Shown here in pieces: positions 1 through 13,460 of a DNA stretch of 64,000 nt. This stretch comes from Octopus sinensis. Taxonomy: Eukaryota. A model generated the notes under the pieces. It did no database searches. It was given only the letters and a program-made list of their open reading frames with translations, and was not told the origin of the DNA. Every line of letters begins with the position of its first letter. The stretch's first letter is position 1. Made by a program: the position numbers and the translations under genes. Location of the stretch: NCBI RefSeq assembly GCF_006345805.1, contig NC_043000.1:158224001-158288000 (forward strand), read 5' to 3'.

Positions 1-330
1 TTTCAAATTCCACCGAGGTCGACTTTCCCTATCATCCTTTCGGGGTCGATTAAGTAAGTACCAGTTACGCACTGAGGTCGAAATTATCGACTTGATCCGT
101 GTGTGTCTGTCCTTGTCCGTCCCCTCTGCGTTTAGCCCCTTGTGGGTCGTAAAGAAATAGGTATTTCGTCTGTAGCTACTTTCTGAGTACAAATTCCGCC
201 GAGGTCGACTTTGCCTTTCATCCTTTCGGAGTTGATTAAATAAGTACCAGTTACACACTGGGATCAATCTAATAGACTAGATCCCAAAACAATCTAATAG
301 ACTAGCCCCAAAAACTTTCAAGCCTTGTGC
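1..330 (+). mobile_element. Two tandem partial tRNA-derived SINE copies (octopus-type)
   Basis: The block 'aaattcc(a/g)ccgaggtcgacttt..c(c/t)(a/t)tcatcctttcgg..t(c/t)gatta..taagtaccagtta' occurs at ~5-70 and ~192-255. The same block occurs inverted at ~17250-17310. Confidence 0.7.
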
Positions 331-1589
331 CTAGAGTAGAAATAACTATCTATTGTCTTCAACCAAGGCTTTCTGAACAATAAGTATGTGAGTTATGGCG
401 CTGTAGATTTACTATTTACTGATTTTTGATCTTGATGTAAAATATGGTCTTCTCATCAATGTGATACTCAGTTTGTTTTTCTTACAATTTATTTTGTATA
501 CTATCACTTTACATGCATCTGTTAAGTACTTCAGACAAATACATGAGACTTTATGGCTTCGTACTAAGTTCTAATTTTTCGCTTTAAGCAGCGTTTGAAT
601 CCTTTTTGAAATGTCTCTGCACGTACAAGTGTTTGTCTGAATCACTTGCTGTTCTTAAAATACACATCTGTGGTAAACTCTTCACCGCCCATACTCTCAT
701 CTAAAATTCTTTCCATCGTCTAACTGTTGGTGAAGCATTGATCTTTATTATACATTCACCTTACTTTATAACAAAATTGTATGCTTCAGAGTTATAAACT
801 TTTGTTTAAGTAAATCAACTGCCGTATCTTTTCTTAACCACTGACGCAGTGTACGCAAGTGATAGTTACTTTATTTCATTTTATTTGCCATAAAGGCAGT
901 ATACAGAGTAACTGCAAGTGATAGTTACTGGTTTCAGGTCATTCGATGCTGTTTCATTAATGGTTCAGAAATAGAATCTCTTAATTTCTACCTCTTTCTG
1001 AAGTTATTTCTATATCTATTTTCTGAATAAATGTTCCAAATTGTTACTTAGGTTTTAATTTCCATTGTGGCTTTCTTGGGTCGAGATTTCTTTATTTTTT
1101 ACCCTCCAACAATAAAGGTGCTAACCCTTTTTATTAAGTCTGTAATAAGCACAGGTACAAAATAGGGAGTGTTTGTTGTTAGTTTGCCGCTACATATTTT
1201 ATATGATTTCCCCTCTTTATATTCTGCAGGGATGTTCGGTTTGATTTTGTTGTTTGTTTTTCTTTCTTCCTTCAGGAAGGGGTGAATACTGCGACAATAT
1301 AATCGCCAATAATTTTCCCCTGATTACAATGCTTGTATACATTAATGTACGCACATATATGAATATTCATTGGTACATGCATACGCATTAATGCATTTAA
1401 GAACACACACGCCCGCACACATACACACATATATGCACACATATATACACACATATGTATATATAAGGAGCCTCGCGCAATATAGAACTATAAAAGAAAT
1501 TTTTAAACCTCACCAATTCTGACGGAGGATGCTGAATAGCGTCTATATTGCTAGAAATAAGAGCAAAAGTGTTTCGAGCTATATAAGCG

Positions 1590-1750
<161 letters not shown>

Positions 1751-1753
1751 ATA

Positions 1754-1875
1754 CTAGCAGTATAACCCGGCCTTGCCCGGGATTAAGTTACGATTATTAA
1801 GCTAATCAAGTTCTTTATTTCCAACCAAACTAAGTAATATAGACGTCAAATTTGGGCGAAATCCGTTGAAATTAG

Positions 1876-1960
<85 letters not shown>

Positions 1961-2937
1961 TATATTATATATTATATATTATATATATATATAATATATA
2001 TATATATAATATATATGGGCAACAGACACGAACACACATATACACACGTACGTACGTACGTACACCTATGCATGTTTTCTGCACGCATACATGTTCATAA
2101 ACAGAGATGAATGGGAAAAATGTTGTTAAATTTGTAGATTAACACTCGCACAATTTTCACTAAGAAAAAAAAATCGTTTTTTTGGCATGGCATCAACTAC
2201 TCTAACATCAAAACCTTTTTTATGGTCCGTGAAACGGAGTGAGGAGTGGTGGAAGCCTCGCAAATTGTGCCCATTTATATGGTGTAATTCACCGACAAAT
2301 AATTACTCACCTCTTTGTTTCTTTGTTGTTAAATAAATGGATTGTCAACAAAACACTTTTTTACTCGGCGTAAAATAAAAACAAAACTCTTTCGCACCCA
2401 AAGTAATGTGTGTGAGAGAGAAAGGGGAGACAAATGAACGATTGAAAATAAATATATGATTTAAAATACATATATTGTAATTGTTGTGTCAGAAAGTATA
2501 TACGCTATGATTATAAAATATAGTGTCTTTCAAAAACATCCTGAATTTGAACACTATATCTCGTGTTTAAGAAAAAAAAAACATTTTACATTTTATTTTT
2601 TATGAACGTCATAACTTACTGTCTCCCTCTCTCACTTTGTCCTTCCCGTGAAACTCTCTGCCTCCTTCTTTCACTTTTCTTTATCTTTTTTTTTGTTAGA
2701 CGCCATCAAAACAGAATGGTTGATATTTGTTATGGTTAAAAGCTATGGTTGAAAATGGTTGAAAATAGATTTTTACTCTATCCGCGGGTGCCTCGGGGGA
2801 AAAAAGTAAGTTGACAAAACCCAGATAGGGCGTTGACAAATGTCTTCCTATAAATTGAGCGACATGCGTGCTAATTTGTGGACGTGCATAAATTACAATC
2901 ACGTACACACACGCACACACATCATCCCTTTTATAGA
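1754..2937 (-). mobile_element. Non-autonomous Helitron, apparently complete
   Basis: On the minus strand the 5' end reads A|TCTATAAAAGGG (2937). The 3' end has the hairpin CCCGG-N6-CCGGG (1766-1781) followed 8 nt later by CTAG|T (1757-1754). It is inserted between A and T, has no TSD, and contains an internal (TA)n tract. Confidence 0.7.
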
Positions 2938-2941
2938 TATG

Positions 2942-3015
<74 letters not shown>

Positions 3016-3076
3016 CATATGTATATATGCATATATAAATACATATATGTACATACATCTATACGTATATATATAT

Positions 3077-3118
<42 letters not shown>

Positions 3119-3125
3119 TATGTGG

Positions 3126-3420
3126 GCAGAGGACGTCACGAAACGTGTACAACAAACATATACGAAGTACGAGTACATGGAATATGGACTATTTGTCGAA
3201 CAATGAAAGACACAAATGAAAAACATAACAATCATAAAGAACGACCCTTCATCAGTCGTTGGCTGTTTTTCTACTCTCGTATTTCGAGCATCTAACAACA
3301 ATATAGGCTTTCGATAAAACAGTTGCTCCCGCAAAGCAAAATAACTAAAATTTTGGATTTTGGGGTGGGTCAAATTTGGTAACACAAACAGGAGAGTTAA
3401 AAGAAACGGGGAGGGCTGCT
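3126..3420. repeat. Dispersed repeat, possibly Penelope-derived non-coding remnant
   Basis: Shares 'gacccttcatcag ... tttcgagcat ... cagttgctcccgc ... caaaataa' with 29570-29830. Confidence 0.45.
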
Positions 3421-4847
3421 AAGCCTAAACGAGAATGTTGTGGTAAACGCGTAAATCAAGCTTGGACAGGAGACAGACAAGAACACGTCTTCCTTGTTCC
3501 ATCTGCACACACATATATACAGATACACATACACTTGTAGCGGATATAAACACGAAGCTGGAAATCTACAGGACTAAACTTGTTTCGTCTGTTAATCCTA
3601 GACGCTACAGCAGTCTCTACCCCCATTGTTCGGATGGTTCAGCTAAACCCTCTGTCAGTATATGTATTTATCTGTCAGTAGATAAAATTATATCTGATTT
3701 AGCGAAGTGAAAATGTGTTTTTAACTAAACCATGTTTTTTTCAGCGTCGAAACAATGGAGATACACAGTGCTAACACGTCGGCAATTAACAGACGAAATT
3801 ACTCTAGTCCAGTGGTTATCTCTAGTCCAGTTTTAACTACTATTTCTAGCAATATAGATGCTATTCAGCACCCTTAGACATAATTAAAATTATATATATA
3901 TGTATATGTATCTATACACACGCACATGAAGTCACTAACATGTGCGCGCTCATGCATGTATATAATATATATATATATATATATATATTAATCAAAATAA
4001 AAACATGATGCCAAGGATTCAGCGGTATATATGTTTCGGGCCTTTATTAGACGGACTTATAACAATGCATAATGTATCTCTATGGCCTTCTTCAGCCGCG
4101 CACAATTACTACTTCAAGGACATGTATTACATTATAAGTTTTACGTTGGGGATGCAAATCCTCACAGACGCGTACGACAGAGTGGGGCACCAGCACAAAA
4201 ACGAAACGTCCTTCTCGTCTTTCACTCGATATTGAAGCGTATGTATGATTTAATAGTAAAGCAGAAACTATTGTTTTCATCTCGTCCCGTAATATAATTA
4301 GCGATATGAATACTTTTTCTACTCTAAATGCTATTTATTAAGCTTTGCTGAACTAAAACGTCTAAATTTAAATGTATTTAAGTTCACCTAAAATGAAAAT
4401 AATGCGAATGCCTAGCGCGAATACAGAAAAGACACTCCCTACAATGAAGTATGTAGATTTCAACTTATGCACAAATGATGAATGCGTCGTAAAATATTTT
4501 TCGGATCAGCGTAGTTATTACTACAGAGAAACATGTTTACACGCGCTAAAGCATTGCATGTAGCATAAAATGTACGTGACAAGGAAACAGTAATGAATAT
4601 AACATTACACACCCAATAACGTTGAAGTCTCATACTTACAGGTGTGTTGTTTACGGATTAATTTAGCTACTACACCGTGTGTGTGCGCGTATGCAATGTG
4701 AATAAATTGATCTGTATTATATTGGAAAGTAACATTTATCGATTTATAAATACCCAAAGGTATAAGTATTATTTAATCCAAATACATATACTTACACAGA
4801 CCCCGCACACACGTAATTACATATATATGTATATGTGTGGTTATATA

Positions 4848-4951
<104 letters not shown>

Positions 4952-5283
4952 CCACATATACACGTATACAGACAAATACATACAGCTACTGGCGTACGTA
5001 TTAATGCAAATAAAAATATTGACTGATTGATCGTTGAGTAGCAAGAAAGAATAATATCAGATAGGCAGACAAGCAACTGTATAGGTTTATAGAAACTTAG
5101 ATCTATAGATGCTATGAGAGACAGGGAAGTGTCGATATATCGATATATAGATAAGGAAATGGACATGTTGAACTCAACGAACATCCTATCACACCCATAC
5201 TTTTACAAGCGTACATGCACACATGCGTATATTGTGTGTCTCATCGAGTGTGTGTATATATATATATATGTATATATTTATGA

Positions 5284-5323
<40 letters not shown>

Positions 5324-5352
5324 CTATATGTCTGTATATATATATATATAAT

Positions 5353-5398
<46 letters not shown>

Positions 5399-5484
5399 TA
5401 TATATATGCATATATATATATACATATATATGTACATAATTATACATACATATATAACACAAATGCACACACAATGTTTTTTTA

Positions 5485-5870
5485 CTTCTTTCAGTCATTT
5501 GACTGCGGCCAGCACCGCTTTTAGTCGAGCAAATCCTTCCCAGGACTTATTCTTTGTAAGCCTAGTACTTATTCTATCGGTCTCTTTTGCCGAACCGGTA
5601 AAGTACGCGCACGTGAACACACCAGTATCGGTTGTCAAATGATGTTGGGGGACAAACACAGACGCACAAACACATACACATACATATATACATACATACA
5701 TATACATATATATATATATATATATATACGATGGGCTACCAAATCCACTCACATCGCTTTGGTCGGCCCGAGCATATAGTAGAAGACAGTTGCCCAAAGT
5801 GCCACGCAGTGAGACTGAATCCGGAACCATGTGGTTAGTAAGCAAGTTACTTACCACACATCCACTCCTG
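5485..5870 (-). mobile_element. tRNA-derived SINE (octopus-type) with internal microsatellite
   Basis: Head 'gtggtaagtaacttgct..actaaccacatggttccggattcagtctcactgcgtggcac' on the minus strand; tail 'tttcagtcatttgactgcggcc'. Homologous to 58091-58487. Confidence 0.85.
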
Positions 5871-5937
5871 TGCACGAACACAAACATGGCCTCGTACACA
5901 TGTATACATATATATTTATATATATATATATATAAAT

Positions 5938-5971
<34 letters not shown>

Positions 5972-5975
5972 ATAT

Positions 5976-6271
5976 CACCGTGATCGACCAGGCTATCAGA
6001 TGTTGCTACACATCGCTGGGCACAATGCGCTTCGCATTGTTTTAGCCTTCAAATGACGCCACCCCGCTGGCTAAGCGAGCAGGCCAACAGAAGAAAGAGT
6101 GGGAGAAAGTTGTAGCGAAAGAGTAGAGCAGGGATCGCCACCATCCCCTGCCGGAGCCTCGTGGAGCTTTAGGTGTTTTCGCTCAATAAACACTCACAAC
6201 GCCTGGTCTGGGAATCGAAACCGCGATCCTACGACCACGAGTCCGCTGCCCTAACCACTGGGCCATTGCAC
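5976..6271 (-). mobile_element. tRNA-derived SINE, second family
   Basis: Minus-strand head TGCAATGGCCCAGTGGTTAGGGCAGCGGACTCGTGGTCGTAGGATCGCGGTTTCGATTCCC with Pol III A-box and B-box, followed by a non-tRNA body. Confidence 0.8.
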
Positions 6272-6338
<67 letters not shown>

Positions 6339-6592
6339 TGGTGCTATTAAGTTAGACATGGCCTGGGCCAATACTGGCCAAAACCTTTCTAAGTTATTCT
6401 AAGTTATATGTATATATATGTATGTATGTATATACACTCACACACACACGAACTCGTTCTCTCTCTTTTTCTCTTTCTAATGCATACACGTGCAAGTTCT
6501 CGTACTCTCTCTCATTTCCTCTTTCACACGCGCACGAACAGGCATGAACACACTGACACACACGCACCAACACGCCCTTATTAATGCACATG

Positions 6593-6624
<32 letters not shown>

Positions 6625-7230
6625 TATATATTGATAAAAACGGTAGACAACAAAAGAAAGAAAGAGACCTCGATATTATGTAAATACAGGAATTTATCTG
6701 TAAATGTAATATGTGACAATTATACTGTAGTCATGATAAAACTCCGATTTTCGGATGCCGCCATGAAGAATTGGCGAAGTGGGTTTCCACGAAGCCTTAA
6801 GGACGTAATGTGTATCAACCTATCAACCCATTTGCGAGTTAAGGTCTTAATTCAACCGCCACAAGGCGCTAAAATAATAGTATAAAGAATATGCTGTTCA
6901 GATGCTGACATACCATGGTTTCGGGTGTTGGCCCAGGGTCCTCACCTTCCTCAGTATGATTTACCGTTCAAGCAATTCCAAATCCGACACATTATAAATC
7001 CATTAGTGCTCTGGTTTGTTTTGCGCCAAAAACCAGAAGTGCATGGTACAAAATATTTATGAGCAAAAAACATTCGAATATTTACGATTGAAATAAGATG
7101 TTACTGTTGTTAATACCATCAATGGCAAATATTTTAATTGATAATATTAACACGAGTAACCTGAGCGCGCTAGATAGTGTTAACAATTGTGAAATCTTAT
7201 TTCGAATACTCTTTGCTTTTATATATATAC

Positions 7231-7264
<34 letters not shown>

Positions 7265-7519
7265 CCCCACACACATATATATAATGGAATTGAAGTTTTA
7301 AATACCTCTGGGGTATCTCCTTCCCCCATTATAATTGTTTTGTAGTTTCCAGGAGCTGGAATTGATCGCCGATTTATGACGTCCGTGCGAAACGAGGTGA
7401 TGGGAATGGCTCCGTAGTACATTACACGGTCGATACAATGAATATAAATAGAACAATGTATATACGTGCCAGAAGGAAAAAGAGACACAACCAGGTAGAA
7501 AATAGGCTCTCACACGCGA

Positions 7520-7605
7520 TCTTATTTAAGTCTGCGATTGGGTGGGTTGCATATTGGCGCGCGATAGAGCAAGAGACAAATTGCGCCAATACCAACCAAT
7601 CAGAG
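7520..7605. promoter_or_regulatory. Candidate Pol II promoter: four CCAAT boxes and E2F-like GGCGCGC sites
   Basis: ATTGG at 7537 and 7553, CCAAT at 7586 and 7596, TTGGCGCGCG at 7554-7563; the segment is locally CpG-rich. Confidence 0.35.
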
Positions 7606-7750
7606 TAGTGGACACAACAGTGTCCAAAATGCGGCCAAAGGCCAGCTGTTATCTACTACGTTCGTATGTATGTATGTATGTATGTATAATAGAGACGAGA
7701 CTAATTTCACTCAAGTGTACGCTACAGATATATATATATATATATATATA

Positions 7751-7860
7751 TGGTCGAACCGAGGCAATAGTAGAAGACACTTGCCGAAAGTGCAACGCAG
7801 TGAGACTGAACCCGGAACCATGTAGTTGGTAAGCAAGCTACCTACCACACAGCCACTCCA
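7751..7860 (-). mobile_element. SINE 5' fragment
   Basis: Matches the head of the SINE at 58380-58487. Confidence 0.75.
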
Positions 7861-7931
7861 GCGCACGAACACGCACGAACACAAACACACACACCCATCA
7901 ACACGGCCTCATACACACACATGTATATATA

Positions 7932-8012
<81 letters not shown>

Positions 8013-8517
8013 ATATATATGTGTATTAATTTCGTAAACTTTCCCTATATATATACCCACACACACATACTTATTCAAAAAAGGAGCTCAGGCGTAATTT
8101 TACGGTATCCGTATAAAACTCTGAAGTATCAACAGATGATTCGGACTCATTAAATTACAGCACAGGTGGTTGAGTATTCCAGAGTTACGAATACCCACAT
8201 GCGAATTGTAATGACACAGTGTGAGAAGATTTTTAATAAAATAGCATCCAAACTTTATATAGCGTGCTGCTACACTATTCCAGAAAAACTCTTTTTAAGT
8301 ACAGCTTTTGATTCGGCCTGTGGTTATAGTAAATGGCGCTTGCCCGCGATAACATACTTGAAATAAAACCCAAGTTGTTGTGATTGTGTAAAAGTCTTCT
8401 CAAACATTCGGCCACACCGTGCCTATAAACATTGACGGATACACACCAAGATATAGATACCTACTAAAACAAGCGTTTATACACACAGAGAAAGAAACAC
8501 AGACAGACAGACAGACA

Positions 8518-8560
<43 letters not shown>

Positions 8561-9310
8561 ATACATATATAATTATAGATACGAATACACACACATATAC
8601 ACACAGGCAATCAGACACGCGACACATTATTTCACAGCATGCCTAGATGTAAACAGATAGTCATAATCATAGGTATATCGATTGACATAGTGAAATATAG
8701 GTGCCATAATTCATTTAAATTGTTAATAGATTAATAAATCCATTATTGCTTCAGTAATAGCATGGCGATAATTAGTGACTGATCACTGATAATTATCTGC
8801 AGTATTTCTGCAAAGAGAAAACGATACTCTCGTTATGTTTTTGTTTGTTTTCCAATATTTAAATATATTTATTTAATATCTTATTATTTTTTTATGCATT
8901 TGATCTGAGTATATTTGTTGTTGTTTCTAATGTTTTCTTTGTTATTTAGTGTTGGTGCTAAATTTCTAGAGTCGTAGAGCGTTGGAAAGAACTCCTTACT
9001 CTATATGCTTCGACATTTTGGTTTCGAAGTCGAAACCTCACTGAGATTAACTTTGATTTTCTTTATTCTAGGGTGAATAAAATAGTTAGCCAGTTAGTGG
9101 TGTGGTTCATAATGTTAGTTGTTCCTGCATTCCAACTTTCTGAACTTGTCTCCGCAAAAGAAATTTTTCCAAATACGAAAGAATAATGGCGTGAGGTTTT
9201 AAACCCAGTCTGGTCTATGCAATATAACTTAATTTGATTTTGCTCGAGTTAAGTTTTCAGCATTTCGAAGCATATCTGAAAATCAAAGACTGGTTCCAAG
9301 TTGAGAATTA

Positions 9311-11464
9311 CACTGGTTTACAAAGAAATTGAGGCAAACGTAAAAACAGTCGTTCTTGGTTAATTCTGGGGTGCTGTTTTCAGATGCAAACTCAGTTTTC
9401 AGTCATTACCTCTAGTTTTTGAGATATCCATTGTCATGATTTTGCCACCATTCACGAAATTCAACTTTTATTTTGTTTTCCATACTTTTGTGAGGCATAC
9501 GATACACAACTCTGCAATGACTTCAGACTCTTCAAATCACCGAGGATGCATCATCAAGGCAAATCCATTCTGCTACGTATGTGGTGATTTCACGACAGTT
9601 GCACAGCACCAAACAATTACTCCCCTCCTGAGAACTGCATACTTTCATTATTTTGGCTGTAAAATTGGAGATCAGGAAAAAACCTGGGTGTTACACATCT
9701 GTTGTAAACCCTGCTACAACGGACTAACTGCATGGTTTAACAGCAAGAAAGCAGCCTTCAACTTTGCTGTCTCGATGATCAGAAGCAAGCAACGAAGTCA
9801 TGCAGATGATCGTTATTTTTGTCTAACAAATATAACAGGTTTCAGTGCTTCTTCGAGAAAAAAGATCTAATATCCCAAACTTTCCCCACGTATGAGGCGA
9901 TGATTTCCCTGTCCCCACACCCCCAGCAAATAAGTATCGTCTTCCTTCATCAGATAAAGAAATGCATTAAGAAGTTTCTGCCAAGTCGATCTCTTCTGAA
10001 GACAAAGTCTCTGTTTATTCTGGGGCAGGTGGCAATGAGCCCCACTGGATCATGCAGGAAGACCTGAATGTCCTTGCTCGTGATTTGTATTTACCTAAGT
10101 AGCAATCACAGCTCCTGGCATCCCGGCTTCAATAGTGGAACCTGGTCAATGCAGATATAAGGATCACCATTTTCAGGACACGGAACCAGGACTTTGCTTC
10201 TATCTTCGACATGAAAAACAGATTGTGCTACTGCACCAGTGTCTCTGACTTGTTCCTCTTCGTTGGTTTCTCACACAATCCCTTAGACTGGTGCGTTTTC
10301 AAATACCTTTTCAAGCAAAATCTGAAAGCAGTGCTCCTGCAAAATGGGAATAAATACCTCAGCATTCCCGTTGCCTACTCAGTCCATCTGATTGAGTCGT
10401 ATGTTAATATGGAGCTCTGTTTGGAAGCTGTCAAGTACAACTAGTACCTGTGGAGTCTCTGTGTAGACTTCAAGGTCATTAGCAAGCTTCACAAAATACT
10501 GTTACTTTCTCTGTCTCTGGGCCAGTCGGGTGTGTCTCAGCAGAGGGTCTAGGGATCTAGGAGCACTTTCATGCCTGGCGAACACCGTGTTCAAGAAAAT
10601 CCTCTGGTGGACATGAATAAAGTGCTTCTTCCTCCTCTTCATATCAAGCTTGGTTTCATGAAAAATTTCGTGAAGGCCACGGACAAAAATGGCGATGCTT
10701 TCCAACGCTTGTGCACTCTGTTCCGATCTCTGACTTCTGCTAAGCTCAAGGAGGGCATCTCCGTTGGGCATCAGATCTGAGAGATGCTGCAGGATAGAGA
10801 CTTTGAGGAGCGTCTTATCTGAAAGTAACCCGAGAAGCATTTAAGTCAGTCTGCCACGGCTCTCTTTGTAACACACATGTACTAGTTTACCAAGAATAGA
10901 TCGAAAAGTTGTTACAATTTTATGAGGATACGGATTGCCAAATGTCACACAAAATTCACTTTCTCCACTCTCACTTACACTTCTTCCTCTGAAGCTCGGA
11001 GCATTGCGTAATAAGCATTGAGAGAGATTCCACGAAGATATTACAAAGATGGAGAGCAACTAGCAAGGCAAGTGGAATCGCAGCATAATAGGCTTAAGTA
11101 GTGGATGGTCTTGCGTGACATCCCGGAAGCAAAGTACATGATATCGTCCAAAACACTCACCTCCAACACTCTGCTGTACTATTATTTGTGTGTATTCTAT
11201 AATACAAGTAATTTAGTTCCATCAACGTTCTGTATCTATGCTGGTTTTTCTTCTCTGTAATATGCGTTTGTAACAGATGAAATAAACACATTATATTTTG
11301 AATTTATATGCAGTATAATTAAAATGGGATATATGGAAGCAAAAGAAAAAAGACATAGGTGATAGAGCAAAGCTACTCAGAAAACTGAATTCACCACATT
11401 AAAATTAGTAAAAATCACCTATTCATATCCTTGCCTCTGAGCAAAAAAAAATTGTAACCCATTG
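9311..11464 (+). mobile_element. Chapaev3-like (CMC superfamily) DNA transposon, full-length, degenerate
   Basis: Imperfect TIRs CACTGGTTTACAA (9311) and TTGTAACCCATTG (ending 11464); 3-bp TSD TTA at 9308-9310 and 11465-11467; internal transposase remnants. The family assignment is from recalled motifs and TSD type. Confidence 0.7.
9517..11110 (+). pseudogene. Disrupted transposase
   Basis: Motifs FCYVCGDF, GCKIGDQEKTWVLHICCKPC, HADDRYFC, LSIPVAYS, NPLVDMNKVLLPPLHIKLGFMKNFVKA, LKEGISVGHQI occur in order, with stops and frameshifts. Confidence 0.8.
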
Positions 11465-13254
11465 TTATAAATAACAGGGTCTAATCAACCATGTTATATG
11501 GTGTAGAAGAATAATGAGTTAACGTAAATATCTGCAGGAAACTCCAAACATTCAACAGTAGAAGGATCGGAAATATAATATATACATAAATTATGAGCAG
11601 CAAAACAGCGCTCGAGGCCCTTATGAATAGGGTCCTACAAAACAGTGAGGAACAGTGGATGTGCAAACCATTCATTACGAAGACCAGACGGTTTATATCT
11701 TTTGTTTACTGTGCCAGTCATGGAATGGAATCTAATGGTAAAGAGCTCATTGTACTATGAAGGGAGTATCCTAAGAGACACAATCTCTCTTATCTGCTTG
11801 CAGCAGAGTCGGGATTGGTGGCGCTCCGATCTGATTTTAGATGTATTATCACAATTTGTCTGCGAGCGAGAAATTCTCCGTCACAAAACACAGTGAATGC
11901 ATTTTTTACAAGTTTGAATATTCCCCAAGCATATTTGAACTGTAAGTAACCATGTACTATACAACTCATCTGAGAATGACCAAACTAAGGTTAGCAGAGA
12001 AGAGTTAAAGGCACAGATCACAGGAAAAGTGTCCGTAGAATCCCCAATGTTCCAACAGGAATCCAAACATGCCATGATAATGAGACTATTATATAATGTT
12101 ACGAATGTATCTGTTTCAGCCAACATTACAGTTATAGTTTAGTCGCAGAACAGATTCTATTGCGTAGAGCTACAACAATAAACAGTCCAGACACGACCAT
12201 CTCATCTCTTTTCTATGCTCAAATACCTCCGGACCAATATATTTATGTGTTATAGGAATGAGATTCAGTTGCTATATTTATTACGTCGTTTACATTATAG
12301 AGGCTACCTCATTGATTTGGCTATTATATTTGTTGTTGACCATTACCGGAGTGCATTCTGTTGCAACCATCCGAAATAAATATCTTGTCTAAGAATAAAT
12401 TCTATTCATACTTCGCCAACCTCAGACACAGGACTCTGTTGTTACTCCTCTCTGCCTGGGAAAAGAAATCTTGAATTTTCGTACATTTAGGATTGGCTGT
12501 CCCCATGCGCGCATTTTTGTTAACATTGTAGGGTTAGTTTTGAGAGATATCAGTCTGCTACGTCGAAGAGGGCAAGTAATCAAGGCGATGTACAGCTCCT
12601 AATATAGCGTTTTGCTTTGCGTTTGTATATGTCTGCAAGTACATAATTGGGGATCTGAATATGTGTGCGTATGCGTGCATGCATGCACGTCTGTGCGAGT
12701 CTATGTATAAATCAGCAGGTGTATGCACCCGCATTTGTGTTATTATGAGACTTATGTTTTCATAAGTCAATAAAATTTCCATTTAGCTTTCATTCTTTTG
12801 CATATTCATCTTCCGTATGTTGTAATACACGTTTGCTGTTGGTTTGATTTTGCTTCAAATCATTATTGAACATTCATTTACACAAAAGTTGCAAATGGAA
12901 GAAGGGCTAAAACAGCAAAAACCAAAAAACAAAACAAAAAAAAACAAAACAAAAAAACGGAAAAGATGCCGCAGTGAGATAATAATTTTAGTAGTAATGT
13001 ATTTTAATATAATGTATTTTAAAATGAATTTCAATTGAAAGTTTGATGAAATCATATGGCAACTAAAATGAAAACAGCCAAAAACAAAGTTGAGCCGCCA
13101 CCATGTAGGTGGAGAAGGAGAAGCTAACGAAGTTATTATATGAACACGGAATCAGATATGAAATTAAAACAATAAATTTCAAGTGGAAATAAATTCAACA
13201 AGTATAATTTATAAAAGAACAGGAACATCAACTTTTACTGTAAAACCAGCAACA

Positions 13255-13298
13255 ATATAAATATTAACAATAATGATAATAATAATAATAATAATAAC

Positions 13299-13360
<62 letters not shown>

Positions 13361-13402
13361 TAATGATAATAATAATAAAAAAATAATAATAATAAAAATA
13401 AC

Positions 13403-13452
<50 letters not shown>

Positions 13453-13460
13453 CAATAATA
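13255..13460. repeat. (AAT)n microsatellite
   Basis: Directly visible. Confidence 0.95.

Noticed and set aside
3240-3262. CTGATGA on the minus strand (also ~29640-29655; plus-strand CTGATGAG at ~63625) as hammerheads
   Set aside because: No helix II/GAAA at a suitable distance.
6205-6271. tRNA-like sequences (also 39638-39768, 58420-58487, 63780-63845) as true tRNA genes
   Set aside because: Acceptor stems are incomplete and they are fused to SINE bodies or tails.
6901-7068. Open frame after TTCAG (ADIPWFRVLAQGPHLPQYDLPFKQF...) as a host exon
   Set aside because: Weak polypyrimidine tract, no convincing donor, no recognisable homology, and no neighbouring exons found.
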